Shown: piece after piece, positions 28,051 through 36,495 of the stretch | How positions within the stretch are numbered: position 1 is the first letter of the stretch | Layout: every line of letters begins with the position of its first letter | Assembly (NCBI GenBank): GCA_025360455.1 | Contig: JANYCF010000328.1 | Span: 4,451 to 68,450, forward strand | From: Opitutaceae bacterium | GTDB lineage: Bacteria > Verrucomicrobiota > Verrucomicrobiia > Opitutales > Opitutaceae | Length of the DNA: 64,000 nt | Direction: 5' to 3' | Notes under the pieces: model-generated | The model's input: only the letters and a program-made list of their open reading frames with translations | What the model was told of the DNA's origin: nothing | The model's database searches: none | Program-made: the position numbers and the translations under genes

Positions 28051-30254
28051 AACGCCGTTTCTCCGGGAGCAAGTGCGGCGGTTTCGCGAACGAGGGCGAG
28101 ATGGCGCGGCAAGGAAACGCGTTCGTCGTAGCGACTCGTGATGGTTTGGCGGGCGAGATCGGCGCGAGTGGTATTACCGGCGAGGTGGGCGGCCAGCGCT
28201 TGGCGGATGGCTTCAGCCAACACATAGCGATCACCCGGCTCGACCAGCCAGGCATCGCGACCGCTGAGCATTTCCGGGATGCCGTTGACATCGGTGCTGA
28301 CGATGGGCGTGCCAAAGATGGCCGCCTCCAACAGTACGCGCGGTGATGATTCCTCGAAGCTCGTGCAGACCAAGATATCGGCGAGCCGATGAAAGTCATA
28401 GTTCTCGCGCGTTTCCGGGACGAAGCGGACCGTCGAGAGTTTGGCGTCGGCCATCTTGGTTTTCAGGGCGCGGAGGAATTCATCGTCACGCGCGCCGACC
28501 ATCACGAATTCGATTTTTCTCTTCGGGAAGCGGACGCGAAATTCCGGTTCAAGCAACTCGGCCGTCTGAAGAAAGACGTGTTGACCCTTGCGTTCGCAAA
28601 CCGCGCCGAGGTTGAGCAACACGATCGAGTCGGGCGCGAAACCGTGTTTGGCGCGGAGTGAAGCGGTGTCGTGACTACGGCTGAATTGTTGTATCCCTGC
28701 CACGTCGAGCCAACTGGGCAGGACACGGAAATTAGCCCGCTGGTTTTGCGCCGAGCAAACCTGGCGCGAAGCATCGGCGGTGAAGGCGACGCGTTGGGCC
28801 AGAGTGAGTGTTTCCGCCACGACAGGAATCAAGCCGGGCGCTACCAACGGGGCAAATAATCGGGGGATGGGTGTGCTTTCGTGGACGTAGAACAGGGCGG
28901 GTTTGCGAACGCGGTGCGCCAGATGGACGGCCCAAAAGGTTACCACCGTGTTGGCTAGCACCAGATCGACGCCGCTCCAGTCAATGGTGCCGCTCAAGAT
29001 ATTTAGTTGCACATGGAATTCTTCCGCCGTGGTGGCGCGGAGGGCGGGCGCCACATTGAGAACGGTGACGGCCATGCCGGCATTTTCAAACAACGCGCGC
29101 AACGGACCTTCGGTTGGAGATATAACCCGGAGGCTGATGCCAGGTTGGCGCTTGAGATACGAAGCCAGTTCCAGGACGAGGCGGGGTGCGCCTTCGAAAT
29201 TCAGATTATGGGTCACGACCAAAATGCGCAGCGGTTGATCGCGATGGGGCGTGGCACCGGGGGCGGCGGATTTCGGTAGCGGTTTGCCGGTGTAGTTGGC
29301 CCACGCCGCGCGACCGGCCCGGAAAACGCCGGTGGTCGGCAGCCCCAAGCGACTCGCGGCACAACGGAGCGTCCAAACCGCACGGCTAAATTGGCAGACC
29401 GACAATGGGGGCGCGGTGGGCACGGCTCCGATCATCAGGCCGGGTTGGAAACGTTGCGCAAATGCCAGATGCTTCTCGCCGTTGTCGAGGGTGGCGAAAA
29501 TTTTCAACAGGATGGGACGATTTAAGCCGGCGGGCAGATCGACTTTCCCCACAAAGGCGGCGTTCGCGTGTTGGGTGAGTTCGGGGAATTTGCCGATAAT
29601 ATCGGCCCGGGCGTTGCCGTACGCGAGGGGAACTTCGTACAACGGATCCACGATCGCGGTGAGCCGCGTGATCTTCGCGGTGCGGTGGGTCAGCCAACCC
29701 ACCACGGAAAGACGGCAGTATTCGACGCGGCCAATTTGCGTCGGTTCTTCGAGTGCGCCGATGAAAGGCGGGTTGGGAAAGGCATTCAGCGGTTCGGCGT
29801 CCATGGCCGTCACCAGATCATCCGCGATGGAGGCGAGCGTGCGTTCGGGGTGGCGGGCGGCGCGGCGCAGCAGATCGGGGATGAGTGCCGACAGGGAATC
29901 CGCCAACCGAATCCGCGTCGGTGCCGGGGTTGGCTCGGGTGAAGCTTTGATCGAGGTGCGGAAGAATTCGATCCAGCGGCCGGTCAGATCACAGGCTTCC
30001 AGTCGTAGGACGGTGGCGTCGCTTGGTGGTGCGAGCAGAAACGAAAAACCGGAGTAGGGGAGCCCGGCCTCACCGTGTCGGGGCAAGCCGTGCAAACCAA
30101 ACGAAACTTTTTTATCGAGCCACGCGCGCAGGTCGGTGATCGCATTGCCCGACTCCGCCTGGATCGTGCCGGCAATCCAAGTTTGGCCTGCGGGGAAACG
30201 CCAGTCCGGGGGATGATGATCGACGACAAATTTCCAGCCGGCAGGCGGGTTCAT
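28047..30254 (-). CDS. Shared N-terminal module + GT4 glycosyltransferase (paralog)
   Basis: ILVVTHNLNFEGAP, NLGAVCERKGQ and CTSFEESSPRVLLEAA; start MNPPAGWKF at 30254 aligns with the paralog starts. Confidence 0.9.
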   Translation of the reverse strand: MNPPAGWKFVVDHHPPDWRFPAGQTWIAGTIQAESGNAITDLRAWLDKKVSFGLHGLPRHGEAGLPYSGFSFLLAPPSDATVLRLEACDLTGRWIEFFRTSIKASPEPTPAPTRIRLADSLSALIPDLLRRAARHPERTLASIADDLVTAMDAEPLNAFPNPPFIGALEEPTQIGRVEYCRLSVVGWLTHRTAKITRLTAIVDPLYEVPLAYGNARADIIGKFPELTQHANAAFVGKVDLPAGLNRPILLKIFATLDNGEKHLAFAQRFQPGLMIGAVPTAPPLSVCQFSRAVWTLRCAASRLGLPTTGVFRAGRAAWANYTGKPLPKSAAPGATPHRDQPLRILVVTHNLNFEGAPRLVLELASYLKRQPGISLRVISPTEGPLRALFENAGMAVTVLNVAPALRATTAEEFHVQLNILSGTIDWSGVDLVLANTVVTFWAVHLAHRVRKPALFYVHESTPIPRLFAPLVAPGLIPVVAETLTLAQRVAFTADASRQVCSAQNQRANFRVLPSWLDVAGIQQFSRSHDTASLRAKHGFAPDSIVLLNLGAVCERKGQHVFLQTAELLEPEFRVRFPKRKIEFVMVGARDDEFLRALKTKMADAKLSTVRFVPETRENYDFHRLADILVCTSFEESSPRVLLEAAIFGTPIVSTDVNGIPEMLSGRDAWLVEPGDRYVLAEAIRQALAAHLAGNTTRADLARQTITSRYDERVSLPRHLALVRETAALAPGETAL

Positions 30255-30316
30255 GGCTGGATGACGGAAAATGAGGGGAGAGCGCCGGGGCGCGCATAAG
30301 TGGACATGGTTGACTT

Positions 30317-30349
30317 GGTCAAATTGGGCCACCGCCGTGACAGGTCAAC
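30317..30349 (-). promoter_or_regulatory. Conserved upstream motif, copy 1 (putative promoter)
   Basis: GTTGACCTGT-N10-GCCCAATTTGACC; same ends and length as the copy at 32271-32303. Confidence 0.65.
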
Positions 30350-30373
30350 TCTCGGCTGCGGCGAGGATTGGGG

Positions 30374-30427
30374 GTAGCGCAGGCATCCTGCCTGCTGATG
30401 GGGAAGCAGGCATCCTGCCTGCGCTAC
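30374..30427. repeat. REP-like doublet, family A (GTAG foot)
   Basis: GTAGCGCAGGCATCCTGCCTGC...GCAGGCATCCTGCCTGCGCTAC; each arm is itself palindromic. Confidence 0.85.
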
Positions 30428-32202
30428 TTCTGGCGCCGACAGACGATCACATCTTGGTGCTGACCCCAGGCGGCGGCACGAACAGCGATTATTTCCAACT
30501 CTGTCTCACGTTCAATTACTTCGCGAATCCAGCCCGGTTGCGCGATAGAAATGCCGTACCCCGGTGTATCCGTATAATCAACATAGCCGAAACCCTTCGT
30601 CGCGGCGTCATGGCAGAGACGCGCGACATCCGGCGGTGGGAGGCCGTAATCTTTTTCTCCGCTGTGCACAATATCGAGGGCGAGCAAACCGTGCGAAGTG
30701 AAGACCAGTACGCCGTGGGGAGTGAGCCGTTCGTGGAAACGGCGGAGATGCGTGATCCATTGGTCTTGATCGAAGTGGGTCAGCAGCGAGCCGCACCAAA
30801 TGATATCATAGGGTCCGGGTAAGGCGGCCCAGTGGCTGCCATCAAGCGTGGCCTGAACTCCGGTGGCGTTCAGCTGTTGCACGCAAAAATCCACGCCCGG
30901 CCTCTGGGTGTCGCAGACGGAAAGTTTGGCTGCGGGATACGCCGTGCGAAACCAGCGGGCCACTCGGCCAAAACCACTGGGTAAATCTAAAATGGATTCG
31001 ACGCGACCGCCTCCAGCTTGCGCCACGGCCTCCTGTACCAGTATTAATGCCTCCCGGCCGACTGAAAAATACTGGGAGATATCGGGCACACCCATGTCGT
31101 CGGCCGAATCGATGAGGGTGAGTGCCGGCTGTGCGGGCGGGAGCGGGACGGGGTGTCGAGTGAAGTTCTCGTCGGGAGATGGCCAAAAAGTATCAGACCG
31201 GTAGGCCGGACTGGCCGGATTGGCGGCCCAGATTTTCTGGGCCGACCGAAGAAAATTTTGACGGGATAGTCCGTGCCGACCGGCGGAATGAAAGAGAGCC
31301 CAGAGGGCGCGGGCAATTTCCCGGCCGGTGGTCAGGCGGGGAATTTGCCCGCTATCACCGTGGAGCTGCGGAATGAAGCGCCGGGCAAAGACGAGGTGGC
31401 GTTCGCCGTGATCGAGTTCCGCGAAAATTTTAAGCAGGACCGGTGTGGCGAGTCCGACCGGCAGGGCGATTTCTCCAACGAAAGCGGAATGCGGTTGATC
31501 TCTGAGTGAGGGGAAAGCGCCGCTGATATCCGAACGCGCCAAGCCATGCGGCAGGTCGAGTTTCGGCAACGGATCGATGACGGCGGAGAGTCGGGTGATT
31601 TTCGCCGAGGGGTGGGCGAGCCAGCCGGTGATGGGAATACGGCCGTAGCGCAGGCGTCCGATGACGTGCGGTTCTTCGAGGGTGCCGAGAAAGGGGACGT
31701 TGGGATGGGAATCCAGCGGTTCAGCGACGAAGGCAGCCATGAGTTCATCGGCAAGCTCGCTCCAAGTTCGCTGCGGGGTGCGCAACCGTTGCTTTAATAA
31801 AGCGGTCGTGAGTGCGCCCAGTGAGGTGCTGAGGTTCAGTGTGCTGGCGGGTGTTGCGGCCGTGGCCGCCGCAGCAATGGGGGTGCGAAAGAATTCTCGC
31901 CACTGGCCGGTGCGATCCCGTGCCTCCAGACGGAGCAACGTGGCGCGAGGCTGGGGGGAAAGCAGAAAAGAAAATCCCGGGCCGGCGGTGCCGGATTGCC
32001 CCGAATGATTTTCCGTGAACGCGGGGTGGGGCAGACCGAACAGACCAAGGATGACGCGATGATGTAATCGTGCGCGTACATCGGTGATCACCTGCCCGGC
32101 CGCCGGTTGAATCCAACCGGCGATCCAAGAATTTCCTGCGGGGAAATTCCAATTATCCGGATAGATCTCAACCGCGAACTGCGGGCAGGGTGGGGCAATC
32201 AT
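30424..32202 (-). CDS. Shared N-terminal module + class I SAM-dependent methyltransferase
   Basis: ILDLPSGFGRVARWF (motif I), YDIIWCGSLLTH and GVLVFTSHG. Confidence 0.9.
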   Translation of the reverse strand: MIAPPCPQFAVEIYPDNWNFPAGNSWIAGWIQPAAGQVITDVRARLHHRVILGLFGLPHPAFTENHSGQSGTAGPGFSFLLSPQPRATLLRLEARDRTGQWREFFRTPIAAAATAATPASTLNLSTSLGALTTALLKQRLRTPQRTWSELADELMAAFVAEPLDSHPNVPFLGTLEEPHVIGRLRYGRIPITGWLAHPSAKITRLSAVIDPLPKLDLPHGLARSDISGAFPSLRDQPHSAFVGEIALPVGLATPVLLKIFAELDHGERHLVFARRFIPQLHGDSGQIPRLTTGREIARALWALFHSAGRHGLSRQNFLRSAQKIWAANPASPAYRSDTFWPSPDENFTRHPVPLPPAQPALTLIDSADDMGVPDISQYFSVGREALILVQEAVAQAGGGRVESILDLPSGFGRVARWFRTAYPAAKLSVCDTQRPGVDFCVQQLNATGVQATLDGSHWAALPGPYDIIWCGSLLTHFDQDQWITHLRRFHERLTPHGVLVFTSHGLLALDIVHSGEKDYGLPPPDVARLCHDAATKGFGYVDYTDTPGYGISIAQPGWIREVIERETELEIIAVRAAAWGQHQDVIVCRRQK

Positions 32203-32270
32203 GGCCGGTTCGCAGGCTTGTGAGTGAGAGCGGTGGAACGCTTCGGTGCGGGTAAGAAGAAGGACAATCC

Positions 32271-32303
32271 GGTCAAATTGGGCGGCTGACCGAACAGGTC
32301 AAC
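32271..32303 (-). promoter_or_regulatory. Conserved upstream motif, copy 2 (putative promoter)
   Basis: GTTGACCTGT-N10-GCCCAATTTGACC about 70 nt upstream of ATG 32202. Confidence 0.65.
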
Positions 32304-32364
32304 CTTCCGCTGCCGTCGATTTTTCGTGTTCTGGATTTTCAATATACCGCGGGATCGATCGAGC

Positions 32365-32391
32365 GTAGGGCCGGCGCTTGTCGCCGTGCCG
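32365..32391. repeat. Single REP-like arm, family B (GTAGGG foot)
   Basis: GTAGGGCCGGCGCTTGTCGCCGTGCCG, similar to the arm at 42012-42038. Confidence 0.7.
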
Positions 32392-32620
32392 ATGATCTCG
32401 CGAGGGAGGGTTGCTCATCTTAATCAACGAAAGTTAGAAAAACTGCGCAGGGGCGATTTTGTTGATCAGGTGCACTTTCGGATTTGTCGGATGCATCGTT
32501 GGACGCGGGACGCCAGAATCCACGCGGAGTTGGCCAGCTGAATGCTAATCTCTGGGCAGAACCAGTTTTTGGCCACAGAAGCGGCAAAATGTGCCGCTTA
32601 CTAAAATCTAATCTACAACC

Positions 32621-33223
32621 ATGAAACCTATCGGCGAATTGCTCGACGTCCTGACCAAGTCTCAAGCACTGGAACCAATGATTGAGACCACAGGGCGGGC
32701 GCTCGTGGATTGTTTAAAGCGTGGGGGGAAGGCGTTTTCGTGTGGGAATGGCGGGAGTGCCGCCGATGCGCTGCACTTCGCGCAGGAATTGGTCGGGCGC
32801 TACAAAGTGAACCGGCGCGCGTTGCCGGCGATTTGTCTGAATGCGGATGTCACGGCGTTGACCTGCATCGGCAATGACTACGGGTATGATCAGGTTTTTG
32901 CGCGGCAACTTTCGGCCTTTGCCAAACCCGGTGATGTGTTGGTGGGATTTAGCACGAGTGGAAATTCTCCCAATGTACTGGCGACTTTTGCGGTCGCGAA
33001 GGCCTTGAAAGTGACAACGATTTTGCTCGGAGGCAGGGATGGCGGTCAGGCACGGGGCAGGTGTGACTATGAGTTGATCATTCCCTCGCAAAATACCGCG
33101 CGAATTCAGGAGGTGCACACCTTGGTGCTGCATTCCTGGCTCGATTACGTGGATAAGGAATTCGATCCGGCCACCGCCAAATCAACGAATTGGATGCAGC
33201 AAGTGGAGATGGCTTTGGTTTAA
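32621..33223 (+). CDS. gmhA: Phosphoheptose isomerase
   Basis: CGNGGSAADALHFAQEL, GNDYGYDQVFARQ, STSGNSPN and TARIQEVH. Confidence 0.96.
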   Translation: MKPIGELLDVLTKSQALEPMIETTGRALVDCLKRGGKAFSCGNGGSAADALHFAQELVGRYKVNRRALPAICLNADVTALTCIGNDYGYDQVFARQLSAFAKPGDVLVGFSTSGNSPNVLATFAVAKALKVTTILLGGRDGGQARGRCDYELIIPSQNTARIQEVHTLVLHSWLDYVDKEFDPATAKSTNWMQQVEMALV

Positions 33224-33235
33224 CAAGCTACGAGC

Positions 33236-33808
33236 ATGTCCGAAAAAGCTCTCTTTCTGGACCGCGACGGAACGCTGATCGTGAAGCACGATTATTTGTC
33301 TGATCCTGCGCTGGTGGAATTAATGCCGGGGGTGCGGGAGGCGCTCCATCGCTTTATTGAGCGAGGGTACCGGCTGTTTATGTTCACCAATCAAAGTGGC
33401 GTCGGGCGTGGCATGTTTTCCCTCGAGAAAGTTCAGAGTTGCAATGCGCGGATGCTGGAGTTGCTGCAGTTGCCGTCACCGGGATTCGCGGAGATGTGTA
33501 TTGCGACGGAGTCACCGGCGATGCCCACCGTCTATCGCAAACCTTCACCGCGGTTTATTTTGGAAATGATCGCGAAATATTCACTGATACCGCAGAAAAC
33601 ATGGATGGTCGGCGACATGCCTTGTGATATTCAAGCGGGTTTGAATGCCCGGGTGCGCACGGCTTGGATTCAGCAGGAGCGGGTTTCGATGGTCCCCGAT
33701 GGAGTGTGGCACGGGAAAAACTTTTTAGAGTTTGAGACCCATGTTTTGAAATTAAACGAGTTCGGTTCGCGCAGTCCGTTTTTGCAGGTGGCGGGTCTGC
33801 ACGGTTAG
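33236..33808 (+). CDS. gmhB: D-glycero-D-manno-heptose bisphosphate phosphatase (HAD-IIIA)
   Basis: LFLDRDGTL, FTNQSGVGRG, RKPSP and MVGD..DIQAG. Confidence 0.9.
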   Translation: MSEKALFLDRDGTLIVKHDYLSDPALVELMPGVREALHRFIERGYRLFMFTNQSGVGRGMFSLEKVQSCNARMLELLQLPSPGFAEMCIATESPAMPTVYRKPSPRFILEMIAKYSLIPQKTWMVGDMPCDIQAGLNARVRTAWIQQERVSMVPDGVWHGKNFLEFETHVLKLNEFGSRSPFLQVAGLHG

Positions 33809-34149
33809 TGGGTGTGAAGATCGGATGAGATGTCGGGTATTCCTTGTCATCCTCACGGCAAATTCTGCCGTGAAGACTGCGGTAATTATTGTTGAGACGA
33901 ATTGACCTTGTTGTCGTCGGTTCAGAAAAATATAAAGCATGATAGCTCAGGGAAATGAGGAAACGTCAGGTCAGGCTGGCCCGGATTCTGCAAAACAGTG
34001 AGCGCATGTCATTTCCCTGTATGCTACCTCTTGGTTTATATGACCGATTCATCCGGCTGGATTGGGTCGAGGGGCGGCAAATATCTGGAGTAGCCAAGCG
34101 GTATCCAAGCAATCGAACACTCATTTTCTGTGTTATGGCATATCAACTA

Positions 34150-34229
34150 AAGGTGGAGCGCGTTGCCCTCAACGCGCTGGGCTGTGGTCGCTCCAAAACA
34201 AGCGCATTGAGGGCAATGCGCTCCACCTT
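34150..34229. repeat. REP-like inverted repeat, family C (GTGG foot)
   Basis: AAGGTGGAGCGCGTTGCCCTCAACGCGCT...AGCGCATTGAGGGCAATGCGCTCCACCTT, 29-nt arms. Confidence 0.85.
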
Positions 34230-34264
34230 CCAATGCATTGCTAAGGCTCCGTTCGACTTTATTT

Positions 34265-35005
34265 ATGAATAAACTTTCTCAAATTACGGCGGCAATTTTG
34301 GCGGGTGGCGCAGGAACGCGTCTGCGTTCGGTCGTGGCGGATCGGCCCAAGGTACTCGCCCTGCTGGGAGGCAAACCTTTCATCTCCTATTTGCTCGACC
34401 GGTTGGCGGCGCAAGGCGTAGGGAAAGTGGTATTGTGTACGGGCTACATGGGTGAGCAGATGCAGGATCAATTGGGCGAGAGTTACCAAGGTATGCAATT
34501 ACTCTACTCGCGCGAAGAGCAACCGCTCGGCACCGGAGGCGCGATTATTCAGGCCTTACCGTTGCTTACTTCCGATACGATTTTGGTGCTCAATGGCGAT
34601 TCTTACTGCGAAACGGTGCTGCCTGCTTCGTTGGAATGGCATCAGGATCGTCAGGCGCGGGCGACGGTGGTGCTGGCTCATGTCGATGAGGGCGCGCGCT
34701 ACGGACAGGTCCAAATTAATTCCGAGGGACGCATCGAACGTTTTTGCGAAAAAAATCCGACGTACATTGGCGGGGGCTGGATCAACAGCGGTGTGTATTG
34801 GTTTGAGCGCGAGGTCTTGGCCGGTTTGCCTGCCGGTCGGGCACTCTCGCTGGAGAAAGAGGTGCTCGGTGCTTGGAGTGGAGACGGTCTTTATGGGTAC
34901 CGGGAGTATGGACGATTTTTAGATATCGGCGTGCCGGAAGATCACGCCCGGGCCGAACGCTTTTTGACGGTTGTGCATGAACCCATTGCGGGATTAGTCG
35001 TGTAG
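34265..35005 (+). CDS. hddC: D-glycero-alpha-D-manno-heptose-1-phosphate guanylyltransferase (HddC/GmhD-like nucleotidyltransferase)
   Basis: ILAGGAGTRLRSVVADRPK, EEQPLGTGGA, LNGDS, INSGVY and FLDIGVPED; context with gmhA and gmhB. Confidence 0.82.
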   Translation: MNKLSQITAAILAGGAGTRLRSVVADRPKVLALLGGKPFISYLLDRLAAQGVGKVVLCTGYMGEQMQDQLGESYQGMQLLYSREEQPLGTGGAIIQALPLLTSDTILVLNGDSYCETVLPASLEWHQDRQARATVVLAHVDEGARYGQVQINSEGRIERFCEKNPTYIGGGWINSGVYWFEREVLAGLPAGRALSLEKEVLGAWSGDGLYGYREYGRFLDIGVPEDHARAERFLTVVHEPIAGLVV

Positions 35006-35007
35006 TC

Positions 35008-36288
35008 ATGTCCACGAGCTTCACCATTATCGGGGGAGGATTGATTGGTTTAAGTACGGCGTTGGAGGTCAAGTTGCTCGCGCCCGGGTCCGAGGTGCGC
35101 TTGCTGGAAAAGGAAGCGACGGTCGGACGACATCAGAGTACGCATAACAGCGGCGTATTGCATGCCGGGCTGTATTATAAACCGGGCTCGTTGAAAGCGC
35201 GGCTGGCGGTGAAGGGCATCCGCCGCATGATTGAATTTTGCCAACAGCATGGCGTCGCTCACGAAATTTGCGGGAAGCTGGTGGTCGCAACCACGCCCGA
35301 TGAAATTACGCGGCTGCATACGCTGCAGGAACGCGGGGAGAAGAATGGTTTGCGCGGATTGCGCTGGCTGGAGCAGGGCGAATTGCGGGAGATCGAACCG
35401 CATGCGGCCGGGCTGGCCGCAGTCCACGTGCCGGAGGAGGGGATCGTGAACTATCAGGGCGTATGCACCGCCTTGGAAAGTGAGCTCAGCGCGCGCGGCG
35501 TGATGATCACAACGAATGCCGCCTTGCGTCAGGCCGAGCGGCGCGGTTCCGAGTGGCACTTGCAGACGGCCGCAGGAGATTTTTCGACAGGCTATATTAT
35601 TAATTGTGCCGGATTGCACAGTGATTGGGTGGCGGCCTCAGCCGGCGAAGAGCGGGAGGCACGGATTCTGCCTTTCCGCGGGGAGTATTATAAATTGCGC
35701 GCGTCGGCCCAACATCTCGTACGGAATCTGATCTATCCGGTGCCGGATCCGTCATTTCCGTTTTTAGGAGTGCATTTCACGCGGTTGATCGAAGGCGGCG
35801 TGGAAGCCGGTCCGAACGCGGTGCTGGCGATGGCCCGCGAGGGTTATTCGAAATGGCGCCTGAATCCCCGTGATCTGTTCGATGCTTTGTCCTACGGAGG
35901 ATTGTGGAAATTTATGCGGCAGCATCGCTCGATGGCGTGGGATGAAGTGGTGCGTTCTTTCAGCAAGGCCAAGTTCTGTGCGTCGTTGCAGCGTTTGGTA
36001 CCGGCGGTGCAGATTACGGATTTGGAGCCGGGCATCACCGGGGTGCGGGCGCAGGCGATGTTGCCCGATGGCACGCTCATGCAGGATTTCCATTTTGTGG
36101 AGCGCGCGGGTGCCCTCCATGTGATCAATGCGCCCAGCCCTGGTGCGACCGCTTGTCTTGCTATTGGTGAATTCGTCGCCCGTCGGGCTTTGGCATCGAT
36201 TGGCCTCATCACGCCGCAGACCGATGGCCCGTTGGAATCGAGCGGGATGGGCCGAGGCAAGGAGGACAGGGAAATATATTCCCCTTGA
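35008..36288 (+). CDS. lhgO: L-2-hydroxyglutarate oxidase/dehydrogenase (FAD)
   Basis: IIGGGLIGL, HQSTHNSGVLHAGLYYKPGSLKA, PFRGEY, YPVPDPSFPFLGVHFT, GVRAQA and NAPSPGATA. Confidence 0.92.
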   Translation: MSTSFTIIGGGLIGLSTALEVKLLAPGSEVRLLEKEATVGRHQSTHNSGVLHAGLYYKPGSLKARLAVKGIRRMIEFCQQHGVAHEICGKLVVATTPDEITRLHTLQERGEKNGLRGLRWLEQGELREIEPHAAGLAAVHVPEEGIVNYQGVCTALESELSARGVMITTNAALRQAERRGSEWHLQTAAGDFSTGYIINCAGLHSDWVAASAGEEREARILPFRGEYYKLRASAQHLVRNLIYPVPDPSFPFLGVHFTRLIEGGVEAGPNAVLAMAREGYSKWRLNPRDLFDALSYGGLWKFMRQHRSMAWDEVVRSFSKAKFCASLQRLVPAVQITDLEPGITGVRAQAMLPDGTLMQDFHFVERAGALHVINAPSPGATACLAIGEFVARRALASIGLITPQTDGPLESSGMGRGKEDREIYSP

Positions 36289-36495
36289 GTGGCCTGAGCA
36301 GACTTCGGTTCGAGCGGAGAGGCGGGCAGCTCATGTTTAAGCACTCTATCGTATTATAAAAGATAGAGATGCAGGCGTCGGTCGAATCTGGCGTGAATCC
36401 TGCAAAATACCGGCATGCCCCCGTCTATTCGTTTTCATTACGAACGTCTGGCCGTGCCTTTCTTTGCTGCGGTGCCGTTTTCTTCTTAATAAATT

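Noticed and set aside
30371-30382. GGGGTAGCGC resembling the RfaH ops element
   Set aside because: Fully explained as the GTAG foot of a REP arm, and on the wrong strand for the flanking genes.
33809-34272. ORFs 33955-34272, 34062-34244 and 33752-33940 in the gmhB-hddC gap
   Set aside because: No family motifs, they run through the REP palindrome, and I see no HddA-like sequence.
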